A stretch of 64,000 nucleotides of DNA from Cyanophyceae cyanobacterium (GCA_038321985.1 JBBQFN010000012.1:83148-147147), one strand, 5' to 3'. Positions 20,866 to 32,040 are shown, counted from the first letter of the stretch. Numbers and translations are program-made. The notes: generated by a model from the sequence alone, not told the origin.

Positions 20866-20897
20866 TAGACTCTCCAGCTAAGCAGAGGGTTTATCCT
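20866..20897 (+). promoter_or_regulatory. MerR-family-type promoter with long spacer and imperfect dyad
   Basis: TAGACT-20 bp-TATCCT, with ACTCTCCAGCTAAGCAGAGGGT overlapping the -35 and spacer. Confidence 0.5.
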
Positions 20898-20936
20898 GAG
20901 TTTAACAGGAAAAAATTAAGCCCTGGAGAAGTCGAA

Positions 20937-21239
20937 ATGAACGCAAGTTTATTTACCAAAACCGTCCTAGGAACCGCCGCCGCAGGTTTGACCCTCTTAG
21001 TCGTTGGTGCAAGTCCTTTGTTCGCACAAAGACCCGAACCACCAGTCCCTCCCATGACTCCAGAACAAATGCAGCAACAGCACCAGGAAATGAGGGTACA
21101 GATGGAGGAAATGAGGGCGCAAATGCAGGAAATGCAAAAAATGCAGGAACATTGCAAAGCCAAAATGAATGGGGGCATGATGGGCGATGGAGAAGATGCC
21201 CCCAACCCTCAAGACCATCTAAACCATACCCCTGAGTAA
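20937..21239 (+). CDS. Small secreted Met/Gln/His-rich protein
   Basis: RBS GGAGA, signal peptide ending PLFA, mature part QMQQQHQEMRVQMEEMRAQMQEMQKMQEHC..GGMMG..HLNH. Confidence 0.75.
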   Translation: MNASLFTKTVLGTAAAGLTLLVVGASPLFAQRPEPPVPPMTPEQMQQQHQEMRVQMEEMRAQMQEMQKMQEHCKAKMNGGMMGDGEDAPNPQDHLNHTPE

Positions 21240-21429
21240 CCAAAAGAAGCGATCGCCCTCTAGGGGAATGGTGAATTCGTAGAGTTCATCCCCTGGGTGA
21301 ATTAGGGTATTTTTGATACAGAGGCGAGCGATCGCCTCTTTCTGTTTTTCAACATAATTGATGAAATTTTTAGATAGGTATGCTACAATTTCAAACAGGT
21401 TATCCATGAGAGAATAAAAATAATATATT

Positions 21430-21651
21430 ATGCAAATCAAAGGAATTAAAAAAGGTCGAAATATCGAAATATTTGATGATTTAGATATTCCCGATGGTCA
21501 AGAAATCACCTTATCAATTGAGACCGGAAGAGACTTTTGGCAACGTCTTCAGTCCTTTCGCCGAGAACTAGATTCTGAGGGAATATGGATCGAAACCGAT
21601 ATTTTTGAGGGGGTGCGGGATTCATCCCCGGGTCGAGAAGTAATTTTATGA
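21430..21651 (+). CDS. Antitoxin of a VapBC-type pair
   Basis: 73 aa, ATGA overlap with the PIN toxin, C-terminal FEGVRDSSPGREV typical of cyanobacterial antitoxins. Confidence 0.75.
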   Translation: MQIKGIKKGRNIEIFDDLDIPDGQEITLSIETGRDFWQRLQSFRRELDSEGIWIETDIFEGVRDSSPGREVIL

Positions 21652-22067
21652 GTTTACGATTTTTATTGGATACTAATATTCTCTCGGAACCGACTCGTCA
21701 ATATCCTAATTTAAATGTGATGGCAATGCTCCAACAGCACGAAAAAGGAGTAGCCACCTCAACCACTGTGTGGCAGGAACTTCTTTTTGGATGTTCGCGC
21801 CTTCCCTATTCTCAGAAACGCAGATTTTTAGAACGGTATTTGAATCAGATTGTCCGTCCGACTATTCCACTTCTGCCTTATGATGTGGAGGCCGCAACTT
21901 GGCACGGTATAGAAAGAGCGAGATTGACGAGTATTGGCAAGACCCCTTCTTTTGCAGACGGTCAAATTGCCGCTGTTGCCCGAGTTAACCATTTAATTTT
22001 GGTCACCAACAATGTATCAGATTATCAGAATTTTTTAGATCTAGAAGTCGAAAACTGGTTTAAATAG
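21648..22067 (+). CDS. vapC: VapC PIN-domain toxin
   Basis: FLLDTNILSE, WQELLFG, ADGQIAAVA, LVTNNVSDY. Confidence 0.92.
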   Translation: MSLRFLLDTNILSEPTRQYPNLNVMAMLQQHEKGVATSTTVWQELLFGCSRLPYSQKRRFLERYLNQIVRPTIPLLPYDVEAATWHGIERARLTSIGKTPSFADGQIAAVARVNHLILVTNNVSDYQNFLDLEVENWFK

Positions 22068-22204
22068 ACCTTATTAGAACTCTTGCAGGGGTAGGATGCT
22101 TCAGATAACTCAGTTATTGATTTCATCCCGAGCCAGATCGGGAGTCACACACCCTACCATTAAGGAAATGAAATCACCCATAGGATGATTTTTTCAGGAA
22201 CTGC

Positions 22205-23011
22205 CTAATCGTGAATACTACCATCAGGCATTTGCGTACCTGTCAAGATGGCTTTGTTTAGGTCCGACATATTCACCGTTGCTCCACGCAGCCTCGCTTG
22301 GCTAAAGTCTGTATTCGTCAAGTTTGCTCCGTATAAACTTGCTCCCCCTAGATTGGCATTGATTAAGCTGGCATCACTTAAGTTAGCACTATTTAAACTG
22401 GCTCCGGCTAGGTTAGCTCCATTTAGGTTGCTTCTGATGAGAATTGCCTGAGTTAATTTAGCATTCCGAAGGTTTGCTCCGCTGAGATCTATACCCGTTA
22501 AATTAGCACTTATCAAATCTGCTTCACTGAGAATGGCTTTACTCAGATTGCTATGACTTAAATTGGCTTGACGGAGACTGGCTTTATGCAACTGAGCTTC
22601 TGGTAGATAGATTTCGCTTAGGTTTGCCTTAGAGAGTTGACTTGGTAGTATCACTTCAGCTAGATGGGCTTGGCGGAGGTTAACTTGGGATAATATGGCC
22701 TCAGATAGGGTTGCTCCAATTAAGTTAGCATTATGTAGATTTGCCCCACTCAAGTTGGCTCTAGTTAAGTCTGACCTACTCAGATTGGCTTGATGAAGAT
22801 CTGTATTATTTAGTTTTGCTCTGGTTAAGTTGGCTCCGGTCAAATCGGCGTAACTTAAGTTGGCTCCGGTTAAGTTGGCTTCAGTTAGGTTGGCTCCGGT
22901 TAGGTTGGCTCCTTCTAACACTAATCCCGTTAGATTGGCTCTTTGGAGATTAATCTGGCTAAAATCTCTTTCACCCGCATCATATCGCCTGATAATTTCA
23001 TCAATATCCAT
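22205..23011 (-). CDS. Pentapeptide repeat protein
   Basis: YDAGERDF N-terminus followed by long A(N/D)LxG repeats and a MPDGS end. Confidence 0.95.
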   Translation of the reverse strand: MDIDEIIRRYDAGERDFSQINLQRANLTGLVLEGANLTGANLTEANLTGANLSYADLTGANLTRAKLNNTDLHQANLSRSDLTRANLSGANLHNANLIGATLSEAILSQVNLRQAHLAEVILPSQLSKANLSEIYLPEAQLHKASLRQANLSHSNLSKAILSEADLISANLTGIDLSGANLRNAKLTQAILIRSNLNGANLAGASLNSANLSDASLINANLGGASLYGANLTNTDFSQARLRGATVNMSDLNKAILTGTQMPDGSIHD

Positions 23012-23348
23012 TATCTCTATGCTTTCCTTGAAGGGCAGTTAAATTCGTTTTAATTTTACCAAAAAATGTTTCTCATCCAGCTTTTAATAAAAGTAGGGGA
23101 AGATTTCCCCAAATCAACTCGACCAGTCTGCTGGATGCAGCCACAGTGGGGGGCTTTCCCACGCTTTGATTCGGTTTTTAGTGCCAGGGTCCCGGATTGA
23201 GAGAGTACCCGGCGATCGCTCGGGCTCCGGAGTGGGTTATTATTGAGAGGATACTGATGCAGTTATTCTTCTAAAATTACCGCTTAAAATTACAATATCT
23301 ACAAACTGACCCTGTTACAATCTTCCTATCTTTTCCCCCTAATTCTCC

Positions 23349-25247
23349 ATGACTGACACTGTTCTTGACGTTCGCAATCTGCAAGTCCAATTTTCCACCG
23401 AAGGAAGGCCGGTTAAAGCTGTTGATAAAATTTCATTTGCGGTAAAACGAGGCCAAACCGTTGGCATCGTTGGAGAGTCGGGTTCCGGGAAATCAGTCAC
23501 TTCCCTCGCGGTGATGGGATTGGTGCCGACTCCCGGACGGATTACAGGGGGCGAAATTTGGTTTCGCGGAACTCAGGACGAAGAACCCATCGATTTATTG
23601 GCCCTGCCTCCCCAAGCGAAACAGCAGTATCGCGGCGGCAAAATTTCGATGATTTTTCAGGAACCCATGAGTTCTCTGAACCCGGTTTATAATATCGGAT
23701 TTCAACTCACTGAAGCGATTTTGCTGCATCACAACGTATCGGAACGGGAGGCGCGAAGACTGGCGATCGCTGCTTTGCAAGAGGTAAAATTATTACCTAG
23801 CGATGCCCAATTGAGCGAACAGGTTCAGTTGCCCGAAACGGCAACCGAACGGGAAATCATGCAACAGGTGAATCAGCAAAAGGTGGCAATTTTGAAGCGC
23901 TATCCCCACGAACTTTCTGGGGGACAAATTCAACGGGTGATGATTGCCATGGCTATTTCCTGCGACCCCACGTTGCTGATTGCAGATGAACCGACAACGG
24001 CGCTAGATGTGACAGTACAGGCGAAAATTCTAGAATTAATGCGGGATTTGCGCGATCGCCGGGGAATGTCGATGATATTTATTACCCATGATCTCGGGGT
24101 AATTGCCGAAATCGCCGATCGCGTCGCGGTGATGTACCAAGGTAAAATTGTCGAAGAAGGTTCAGTTTTACAAATTTTTTCTAATCCCCAACATCCTTAT
24201 ACAAAAGGTTTATTAGCCTGTCGTCCCCGTCCCGATCGCCGGTTAGTTTATCTGCCTACGGTGTCGGATTTTATGGAAGTGGTGACCAATGCCAATGGCG
24301 ATCGCGAAATTCGAGAAAAACCCAGCGAAATTAATCAACTCAAAGATAGTACAACGGCTATTACCGAAGTAAGTGATGCAGACCTAAAACAGCGTTTAAT
24401 CGAGTTACAACAAAAGCCACCCTTGTTAGAAGTTCGCAACCTAGAAGTTGCCTTCCCCGTGCGCGGAATCTTTGGAGAAACCCAACGTTATCTGATGGCC
24501 GTGAATGGGATTTCCTTTGAAGTCTATCCCGGAGAAACCTTGGGATTGGTGGGAGAGTCGGGATGCGGTAAAACTACCCTGGCGCGGACCTTATTAAGAT
24601 TAATCGAACCCACTGCCGGGAAAGTCTTATTTGAAGGGCAAGATGTCGGCAAAATTGAGGGGAAGGCATTACGTCAAGTGCGACGAGAAATGCAAATTGT
24701 TTTCCAAAATCCCTTTAGCTCTCTTAACCCGCGCATGAGTATTGGAAACTTAGTGATGGAACCGTTGAAAATTCACAAGGTGGGGGATAGTTCCCGCCAG
24801 CGACAAGAGCGGGCAGCCTATTTACTAGAGCGAGTTGGGTTAAATGCGGAATTGATGAATCGCTATCCTCACGAGTTTTCCGGCGGTCAACGACAACGAA
24901 TTTGTATTGCTCGGGCTTTAGCCTTAAATCCCAAGTTTATTATTTGTGATGAATCGGTTTCGGCCTTAGATGTATCGGTACAGGCGCAGGTGCTTAATTT
25001 GTTAAAAGAATTACAGGATGAGTTTAAACTCACCTATATTTTTATTTCTCATGATTTGAGTGTGGTCAAGTTTATGAGCGATCGCATTCTAGTGATGAAT
25101 AAAGGCAAAGTTGAAGAAATCGGTGCTGCCGAAAGTATCTACAGCCAACCGCAACAAGAATATACGCGATCGCTCATTGCCTCCATTCCCACCGGCACTC
25201 TCGATCGCATCCAAGAGCAACAAGCACAGCGTCAGGTATCGGCCTAA
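23349..25247 (+). CDS. Oligopeptide/dipeptide-type ABC transporter, fused double ATPase
   Basis: Two Walker A motifs ([16 protein letters not shown]) and two signatures (LSGGQ, FSGGQ). Confidence 0.95.
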   Translation: MTDTVLDVRNLQVQFSTEGRPVKAVDKISFAVKRGQTVGIVGESGSGKSVTSLAVMGLVPTPGRITGGEIWFRGTQDEEPIDLLALPPQAKQQYRGGKISMIFQEPMSSLNPVYNIGFQLTEAILLHHNVSEREARRLAIAALQEVKLLPSDAQLSEQVQLPETATEREIMQQVNQQKVAILKRYPHELSGGQIQRVMIAMAISCDPTLLIADEPTTALDVTVQAKILELMRDLRDRRGMSMIFITHDLGVIAEIADRVAVMYQGKIVEEGSVLQIFSNPQHPYTKGLLACRPRPDRRLVYLPTVSDFMEVVTNANGDREIREKPSEINQLKDSTTAITEVSDADLKQRLIELQQKPPLLEVRNLEVAFPVRGIFGETQRYLMAVNGISFEVYPGETLGLVGESGCGKTTLARTLLRLIEPTAGKVLFEGQDVGKIEGKALRQVRREMQIVFQNPFSSLNPRMSIGNLVMEPLKIHKVGDSSRQRQERAAYLLERVGLNAELMNRYPHEFSGGQRQRICIARALALNPKFIICDESVSALDVSVQAQVLNLLKELQDEFKLTYIFISHDLSVVKFMSDRILVMNKGKVEEIGAAESIYSQPQQEYTRSLIASIPTGTLDRIQEQQAQRQVSA

Positions 25248-25277
25248 ATGGAGGAGATCGGGAGGAGGGGGTGGAGC

Positions 25278-25340
25278 CTCGTGACTGGGTTGAACTGAGT
25301 CACGAGCAAACAGGGGATAACGACAGCAAGTTGTTATTAC
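25278..25340. terminator. Hairpin plus degenerate REP between convergent genes
   Basis: CTCGTGACT..AGTCACGAG at 25278-25306 and GGATAACGACAGCAAGTTGTTATTAC at 25315-25340. Confidence 0.6.
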
Positions 25341-25365
25341 AAACAAGCGGAAACATCCTTTATTC

Positions 25366-26124
25366 TTACTCACGCAAAGCGGTGGTCATGGCAATCCAGG
25401 CAAAGTGGGGTAATGCTAACATCCGTCGCCAGCGCCAGGGTTCTTGATAGAGGCGGTAGGCCCACTCCATCTGCATCTGTTGCAACCAGACAGGAGCCCT
25501 GCGTTTCTTTCCAGACCAAATATCGAAACTGCCGCCAACTCCCACCCAAATTGCGTCGGGACATAGATGGCGATTTTCTCGAATCCAAAACTCTTGTCGG
25601 GGAACCCCTAAACCGACTAAAATCAACCGGGGTTGTAGTTGTTGGAGTCGCGCTTTGAAGGCCGGTTCAGTCTCTGGGGAGAGATATCCATCCTGGATCC
25701 CGGCGATCGTCAATCCGGGTAATTCCGCTTGCCATCGATTCGCTGCTATCTTAGCGATTTCCGGTTTCCCGCCAAAGAAAAAGGTGGGACATTCCTCCCC
25801 CAAACTGCTAGCTAGCTGTACTAATGACTCTGCTAGTTCGATGCCAGGACAACGCCGGATTTTTCGACCCCGGACGAGAAAGTAAAACACCACCCCCGAA
25901 CCATCGGGAATCACTAAATCAGCCAGATGAATCACCTCAGCGAGGTCTGGATTTTCTAGTGATTGCATTGCCATTTCCGCATTCAGAGTCACCACATGGG
26001 TTCCCTGGCGTTGATGCAAGCGAGACTGTAACCAGCCTCGATAGTCGGTTGTAATGTAAATTGGGAGTCCCAATACGGAAAGTTTTTGCAGCACCTGTGA
26101 CATAACCCTTTTGTTTTGCACCAT
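25366..26124 (-). CDS. WecB/TagA/CpsF family glycosyltransferase
   Basis: HVVTLNAE, VIPDG, VGLGVPRQE, GVGGSFD, EWAYRLYQEPWRWRR. Confidence 0.95.
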   Translation of the reverse strand: MVQNKRVMSQVLQKLSVLGLPIYITTDYRGWLQSRLHQRQGTHVVTLNAEMAMQSLENPDLAEVIHLADLVIPDGSGVVFYFLVRGRKIRRCPGIELAESLVQLASSLGEECPTFFFGGKPEIAKIAANRWQAELPGLTIAGIQDGYLSPETEPAFKARLQQLQPRLILVGLGVPRQEFWIRENRHLCPDAIWVGVGGSFDIWSGKKRRAPVWLQQMQMEWAYRLYQEPWRWRRMLALPHFAWIAMTTALRE

Positions 26125-26620
26125 TACGTCATCTTCATATTATCTAAGAGGATTGCCTCAATGATTTGGAAATAATCTTCAGTGCCGATTCACCCGGATC
26201 CGGTAGGGTCCTTCATCCCTCCTCCTTCCCTTTGATCGAGTCGTCGGTCTATGATCCTTGGACAATTGGGTTTCGCCATTGACCCCGCCCTTAAAATTAA
26301 CGATTTTTACCAAGGGGGGTGGATTGTAACCGGTGTCAGACAGTAGGGTTCTACCCTCTGTTTCTATAACTGGATTCCCTACTTCCGGAATTCTAACCCT
26401 GGGCACTATTCTTGACGGAATTTGATTTTAATTATATTTTAATCTTATTATGATGAACGGAAATTCCATTAAAGTTACTGATAAAATGTCCTCTGGTTTT
26501 ATTAAAGATGGGAATAAAACAGCCAGGATATTCTCGGCCTGGGGTAAAAGTCCCTCATGCTAACCGGGGTCAACCACCCAGTGAGTCAAATCTTACCATT
26601 TCTTTAACTGAAAAAGCCCC

Positions 26621-29600
26621 ATGACCCTAACCTCAATCGAACGTCAAACCCGCTTAGAGTATTACTATCACCAAATCCAGTCCCTGATTCTCGCTCGTCA
26701 GAATCCGATTACAGGGCTGTTACCCGCTTCTACCGCTATCAATGCCCATGGCGATTATACCGATGCCTGGGTGCGAGACAACGTTTATAGCATTCTCGCC
26801 GTCTGGGGATTGGCTCTAGGCTACCGCAAAATGGACGACTCCGAAGGACGGGTCTATGAGTTAGAACATAGTGTGATTAAGTTGATGCGCGGATTGCTAT
26901 TTTGTATGATGAGGCAAGCCGATAAGGTAGAACGATTTAAAGAAACGCAATCTCTGCTAGATTGTCTGCACGCCAAATTCGACACCCATACCGGAGATAC
27001 GGTAGTTGGCGATCATGAATGGGGACATCTACAAATCGATGCAACTTCGATATTTTTGTTGATGTTAGCCCAAATGTCGGTTTCAGGTTTATCCATTATT
27101 TATACAATCGATGAAGTTAATTTTATTCAAAATTTAGTTTATTATATCGGACGTGCTTATCGTACTCCCGATTACGGAATATGGGAACGGGGGAATAAAA
27201 TTAATAAGGGTAATCCGGAGTTAAATGCCTCTTCGATTGGGATGGCACTGGCGGCGTTAGAAGCGATTAATGGAGTGAATCTGTTTGGGGTGAAAGGGTC
27301 GCAAAGTTCGGTAATTCACGTGCTCGCCGATGAAATTGCCCGCGCAAGGCAGACCCTGGAATCGATTCTTCCTCGGGAATCCAGTTCTAAGGAAGTAGAT
27401 GCGGCTTTATTGAGCATCATTACTTTCCCTGCCTTTGCGATCGAAGATGTCCAGTTATGCGATCGCACTAAAGGGAAAGTCATCAACAAATTGCAGGGTA
27501 AATACGGGTGCAAGCGGTTTTTACGGGATGGACATCAAACGGTTTTGGAAGACCCCGGGCGCTTGCATTACGAACCCTGGGAACTGAAAAAGTTTGAAAA
27601 TATCGAATGTGAGTGGCCGTTATTTTTTACTTACTTGTTCTTAGACGGGCTGTTTCGGGGCGATCGCGCCCAAATCCAAGACTATAAAGAACGCCTAGAC
27701 TCCCTAGTGGTCGAGTCCTCCGGATCAAAACTGCTCCCTGAATTGTATTACGTTCCCGGGGAGAAAGTCGAAGCAGAACGCGCCAATCCCCAGACCCAAC
27801 CGCGCCTCCCCAATGAAAACCTGCCTCTAGTCTGGGCGCAAAGCTTATATTTCCTGGGCCTGATGCTGGATGAAGGCTTGTTAGACAAAGGGGAGATCGA
27901 CCCATTAGGACGTCACCGCACCCTGGCAGCACGCCGTAAACCCGTCGTCCAAATTGCCCTCCTTGCCGAAGATGAAGACCTGCAAACCCAACTGGCCTAT
28001 CAAGGCATCGCCACTCAAACCCCGGCAGAAGTAGAACCGATTCAAGTCAGACAAGCCCGAGACTTATCTAACGTATATCGACAAATTGGGCGTAATGATA
28101 AATTTGGGCTAACGGGACGACCTTTGCGACGCTTGCGAAGTCTCACAACTTCTAATATTTTTCGGATTCGCGGAGAAACCATCGTCTTTCTGCCTTCATT
28201 TCTAAACCAGCAGGAATTTTATCTCACATTAGATTATCATTTCTTGGTATCCCAGCTAAAGAGCGAACTGGCCTATATCCATCGTCATTGGTGGCGCTAT
28301 CCTCAAATTGGGGGTCATGGGGTTGGACGTCCGACGGTGACCTTGCTGCTGACTCATGCCATGGTAGAAACCGACGGGAGTCGCGATGGGTTCCTGCCTG
28401 CATTGCTGGAACTGATGAAGGAACTGCGCGATGGGAACTGTGAAGGTACCCCGGTGAAATTGGGGCGGCTGAATCAATTGATGCTCACCAGTAGTATCGA
28501 ACGGATCGATTTTCTCCATGAATTCGAGTTTAGTGAGAATCCGGTAAAAAATGCTGCGCCTGTCTGTTATTTTTTGGCTGACGATGCCGAGAAAAATTGG
28601 CCCCTGAGTCATACCCAAGAATTCATGCTAGAGTGTGAAACTGAGCCCGGATTATTGATTGACAGCTTGAGATCCTCCTGTAATCTTTACGAACAAATCG
28701 AACTGTTACATACCCTGAGTCGCTTGCGGGGCTTAGAGTTTGAGACTGGACTCGGGGGACCGGGACGCGCGGTAACGGTGGCAGATTTGCTGAATGAAGT
28801 CTATTTTAAGGCCGGAACAGGTAAGGCGATCGGAGATTGTGCGATCGCAGGTAGTATCCCGGCGAATAGTGAGATATCGGAAACCGAGGCAGTCGCTTCG
28901 GTTATCAGCGCGACCGAAAAGCAGATTCATTGGTCCGTCGTGCGTCGTGCGGCAGGGTTACTGAGTAAAGTAGATATCGGCTTATCTGATGCAGTGACGG
29001 ATATCCTGGTTCGGCAAAAGCAGATTACTGTAGGGAAAGCGTATAGTGAGGCTTCCCTAATTTCTCGCCCGATGTCCTATATGGAAATTGTGGATAAAAT
29101 CCGCCTGTTTTGCGGGGAGGACATTCGCGATCGCGTCTTGACCCAAGAAATTTTACTCTATATGGGCCTATTAATCAAGTCCGAACCCCACTTATTTGAT
29201 GGATTGCTCACCTTGCGCGTGAGTTATTTAATCTTGCTGATTACCAGTGAATTAGCGAAAGAATTAAAGCTCACCCAAGATGAAGCGTATGAGCGGGTGA
29301 TGGAATTAAGCCCGTTTGAAATTAATACGCGATTAAAAGAAGTATTGAAAGGGTATGCTGGGATGAATAAACTTCTGAAAAAGCAAGAATCCCTGCACGT
29401 TCAACAACAGGAACAAGAGATTGAGTGGGTAGTGCTTCCTTCCCCTAATGAAACCGAAGAAATTTCGGGAAATTGGCACCGTCGGCGACAGCTAGACGGT
29501 GCCGCAGGACGAGTCCCCAAAGAATTTTATCCTCGGGTGTGGCAAGTGATGCAACATTGTAAGGGGTTAGTAATTGGGGATAAATTGGAGCGCCGTAACC

Positions 29601-29980
29601 GCTTAGATAGCGACTTAATTTTAGCAGAAATGACGCCAGGGGAGAAAAATTTTGCCCTGCGGGTGGAGCATTTGCTCAATAAAATTCAAGCCCCAGAATA
29701 CCGGCAAGTGAATATTGAAACTTTAATGGAACTGGCTGCTATTTGCGATCGTAACCCAGATTTGCAGATTCAGGAATATATCGTTCTGGATGTATTGATT
29801 GGTCATGCCGTGCGATTAGCCTGGATTGAGGGTCATCCGGAACGAAGCGACTGCTACGATGAAGATAAAGCATTAGCATGGCCGTCATTTTACAATACCT
29901 CTCCTTACGTTTGCGCCAGTTTTGTAGTGAAGGCATTCCGCTACTTAACCCAATTTGGCAAGGCGATCGCAGTCGGGTAA
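26621..29980 (+). CDS. Glycoside hydrolase family 15 / phosphorylase kinase alpha-beta-like protein
   Basis: QNPITGLLPAS, AWVRDNVY, WGHLQIDA, YRTPDYGIWERG, RFLRDG, ECEWP, EMTPGEKNFA, PEYRQ. Confidence 0.9.
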   Translation: MTLTSIERQTRLEYYYHQIQSLILARQNPITGLLPASTAINAHGDYTDAWVRDNVYSILAVWGLALGYRKMDDSEGRVYELEHSVIKLMRGLLFCMMRQADKVERFKETQSLLDCLHAKFDTHTGDTVVGDHEWGHLQIDATSIFLLMLAQMSVSGLSIIYTIDEVNFIQNLVYYIGRAYRTPDYGIWERGNKINKGNPELNASSIGMALAALEAINGVNLFGVKGSQSSVIHVLADEIARARQTLESILPRESSSKEVDAALLSIITFPAFAIEDVQLCDRTKGKVINKLQGKYGCKRFLRDGHQTVLEDPGRLHYEPWELKKFENIECEWPLFFTYLFLDGLFRGDRAQIQDYKERLDSLVVESSGSKLLPELYYVPGEKVEAERANPQTQPRLPNENLPLVWAQSLYFLGLMLDEGLLDKGEIDPLGRHRTLAARRKPVVQIALLAEDEDLQTQLAYQGIATQTPAEVEPIQVRQARDLSNVYRQIGRNDKFGLTGRPLRRLRSLTTSNIFRIRGETIVFLPSFLNQQEFYLTLDYHFLVSQLKSELAYIHRHWWRYPQIGGHGVGRPTVTLLLTHAMVETDGSRDGFLPALLELMKELRDGNCEGTPVKLGRLNQLMLTSSIERIDFLHEFEFSENPVKNAAPVCYFLADDAEKNWPLSHTQEFMLECETEPGLLIDSLRSSCNLYEQIELLHTLSRLRGLEFETGLGGPGRAVTVADLLNEVYFKAGTGKAIGDCAIAGSIPANSEISETEAVASVISATEKQIHWSVVRRAAGLLSKVDIGLSDAVTDILVRQKQITVGKAYSEASLISRPMSYMEIVDKIRLFCGEDIRDRVLTQEILLYMGLLIKSEPHLFDGLLTLRVSYLILLITSELAKELKLTQDEAYERVMELSPFEINTRLKEVLKGYAGMNKLLKKQESLHVQQQEQEIEWVVLPSPNETEEISGNWHRRRQLDGAAGRVPKEFYPRVWQVMQHCKGLVIGDKLERRNRLDSDLILAEMTPGEKNFALRVEHLLNKIQAPEYRQVNIETLMELAAICDRNPDLQIQEYIVLDVLIGHAVRLAWIEGHPERSDCYDEDKALAWPSFYNTSPYVCASFVVKAFRYLTQFGKAIAVG

Positions 29981-29998
29981 TTCCACAGTTCCTTATCC

Positions 29999-30022
29999 TA
30001 GGGTGGGCCAATACCCACCCTA
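29999..30022. repeat. REP-like palindrome or terminator between convergent genes
   Basis: TAGGGTGGG-CCAATA-CCCACCCTA. Confidence 0.6.
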
Positions 30023-30055
30023 AAATCTCGTCATTTTAAAACCTGGTATCCTGGT

Positions 30056-30523
30056 TTATTCCAACGGTTCTAAAGTCACCGGGTCTTCGGGAATCGGCAC
30101 AATAAATCGATTATTTGCACGAACAAAACAGTTTCCATCCTCAAAATAGACCGGAATCCACGGTTTACCCCGCTTATCCAGTAACACAATTTGATTGGCA
30201 ACATTGCCCGTCACCGCCTCTAATGGCTCGCCCGTTTCAAAAACAGCCACAACCGACCACTCAGAGATTTCATGGCGGTTATTGGCACGTAAAGAGTCCG
30301 GCACATCCGTACTATCGAGAGCAATTCCCTGAAATTGGCGAGCCATGCGACAATTTAACCCATTAAGATCGCGATCGCTTACCTCCCAGTTAAACTGACG
30401 ATTCCCGCGCCGTCCTGGAAACAGATAATCTCCATCCGCATTCGTAGCAGGAACCGCCCAACTCGGAGTGCAAATCAGAGCCAAACTAGCCACAGTAAGA
30501 GATAAACGCTTTATCAGTTTCAT
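30056..30523 (-). CDS. Hypothetical secreted protein, possibly SH3-like (ORF open from 30574)
   Basis: Signal peptide MKLIKRLSLTVASLALICTPSWA; W-x-V-x-D..GLNCR and CFVRAN motifs. Confidence 0.65.
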   Translation of the reverse strand: MKLIKRLSLTVASLALICTPSWAVPATNADGDYLFPGRRGNRQFNWEVSDRDLNGLNCRMARQFQGIALDSTDVPDSLRANNRHEISEWSVVAVFETGEPLEAVTGNVANQIVLLDKRGKPWIPVYFEDGNCFVRANNRFIVPIPEDPVTLEPLE

Positions 30524-30809
30524 TGGGGTATAACCTAAAACCGCTAACTTCAGTTCTAGCATTTTTGTAAACACCTGGCAATAGTCATCAAGTGGCTTGT
30601 CTATCCCAATTAATCTAGCTATTAATCCGGATTACCTTTGGCTTTTTTACTTCTGTAAAATTCGGGTATTTTGATAGCGTTAGAGTTGGGTTTTAAAACG
30701 GGGTAGGGGTTGATTCGGGTAGACTGATAATCCAGTTTAGAAATCGGCATAACTTATTGTTGTTTATGGCGATCGCCTGGTTATGGATTAAGCGCAAGAC
30801 AAAATAACC

Positions 30810-32009
30810 TTACCGCATCGGGGGTATCCTCAACCCTTGTAAGCCTTTCCCCTTCTGGTCCTCACTTAATCCTTTTCCCTGTACCAACACACCAAAACCC
30901 CCTAATCCTCTAGGGTCGATCGCTTCATGTAAAACTTGCCGGCGGTTAATCATCGTTCCCAAATCCATGCCGGGGGTGGTGGAGAGTGCCGCAATGCGAT
31001 CGCCTAACCCCAATGCCATTAAAAACATGGCCTGCTGGGTAAACCCCAATTTCTCCAATCCGTAAAACTCCCCTTGTCGTTCCAATGCCGTAAAATCAAC
31101 ATGAGCCGTTATATCCTGTTCCCCCACTAAAATATAAGGATTATTATGATAGCGGTGTTGATAATAGCATTGTAATGTTCCTTGCGATCGCGTTTGTGTA
31201 TAATAGCGGTGCGCCGGATATCCATAATCAATGGTTAGCACATATCCTCGTTTGAGTCCGTGAGTTACCTGTCTCACCCAATCTAATGCTGCCAGATTGA
31301 CTTCCGTGCGATATCCATCGGGATAAGGTTTGCCGGTGATGTCAATGTCAATGAGTTGAAAATATTCGGTAATTTTAGGAGTGGAGAGTTCCCCGATGAC
31401 TTCTTGAAAGGGAGATGCTTCGGGAGACTCGGGGATTTTGTCCGAGGTGGTGATATAAATTTCTTGGAGTTTTCCCCTCTCTACCTGAATTTGATGCACC
31501 GGGAAGGCATCAATTAACTCATTAGAAAAGAAACATCCGGTGATTGAATCCCCCTCAATTTCCTCCCAAGTCACCCAGCGCAAATTTGCCCCCCCGCTGG
31601 ACAATTTGGAGAATTGCTGTTGTTGTAACTGGCGCATTGCCGGGGATTGTTCGATGATTAGATATTCCGTGGCGGCGAAACAATCTCGATTGTGACGATA
31701 AAGATATTTGATGACATCGGCAGCGATTAATCCTTGTCCCGCACCCATTTCTACGAGGTGAAATGGGGTGGGATGTCCGAGAATTTCCCAGATTTCAATG
31801 AGCTGCACCGCCAGCATTTCCCCAAAATCTGCGCCTAGGTGGGGAGAGGTCATAAAGTCTCCTTGCGCGCCAATTTTTCCGATGTTGGCGGCATAATATC
31901 CATGTTGGGGGTGGTAGAGGGCTAATTCCATATAGTCGGCAAAAGTGATTTGCCGCTGTGGATTTTGTTTAATTTTTTCTTGGATGATTTGAGTTAATAA
32001 ATTGGACAT
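30810..32009 (-). CDS. SAM-dependent methyltransferase, MidA/NDUFAF7 family
   Basis: ITFADYMELALYHPQHGYY, GDFMTSP, VEMGAGQG, SNELIDAFP, IDYG, QDITAHVDF. Confidence 0.92.
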   Translation of the reverse strand: MSNLLTQIIQEKIKQNPQRQITFADYMELALYHPQHGYYAANIGKIGAQGDFMTSPHLGADFGEMLAVQLIEIWEILGHPTPFHLVEMGAGQGLIAADVIKYLYRHNRDCFAATEYLIIEQSPAMRQLQQQQFSKLSSGGANLRWVTWEEIEGDSITGCFFSNELIDAFPVHQIQVERGKLQEIYITTSDKIPESPEASPFQEVIGELSTPKITEYFQLIDIDITGKPYPDGYRTEVNLAALDWVRQVTHGLKRGYVLTIDYGYPAHRYYTQTRSQGTLQCYYQHRYHNNPYILVGEQDITAHVDFTALERQGEFYGLEKLGFTQQAMFLMALGLGDRIAALSTTPGMDLGTMINRRQVLHEAIDPRGLGGFGVLVQGKGLSEDQKGKGLQGLRIPPMR

Positions 32010-32040
32010 ATTGAGTTAGTATTTAAGAGTCATAAAGAAA

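Noticed and set aside
22205..23011. 15-bp DNA periodicity as a separate repeat element
   Set aside because: Fully explained by pentapeptide coding repeats.
23187..23205. 17/19 match to 48657-48675 (GGGTCCCGGA..GAGAG)
   Set aside because: Only two short copies with no structural or functional link, compatible with chance.
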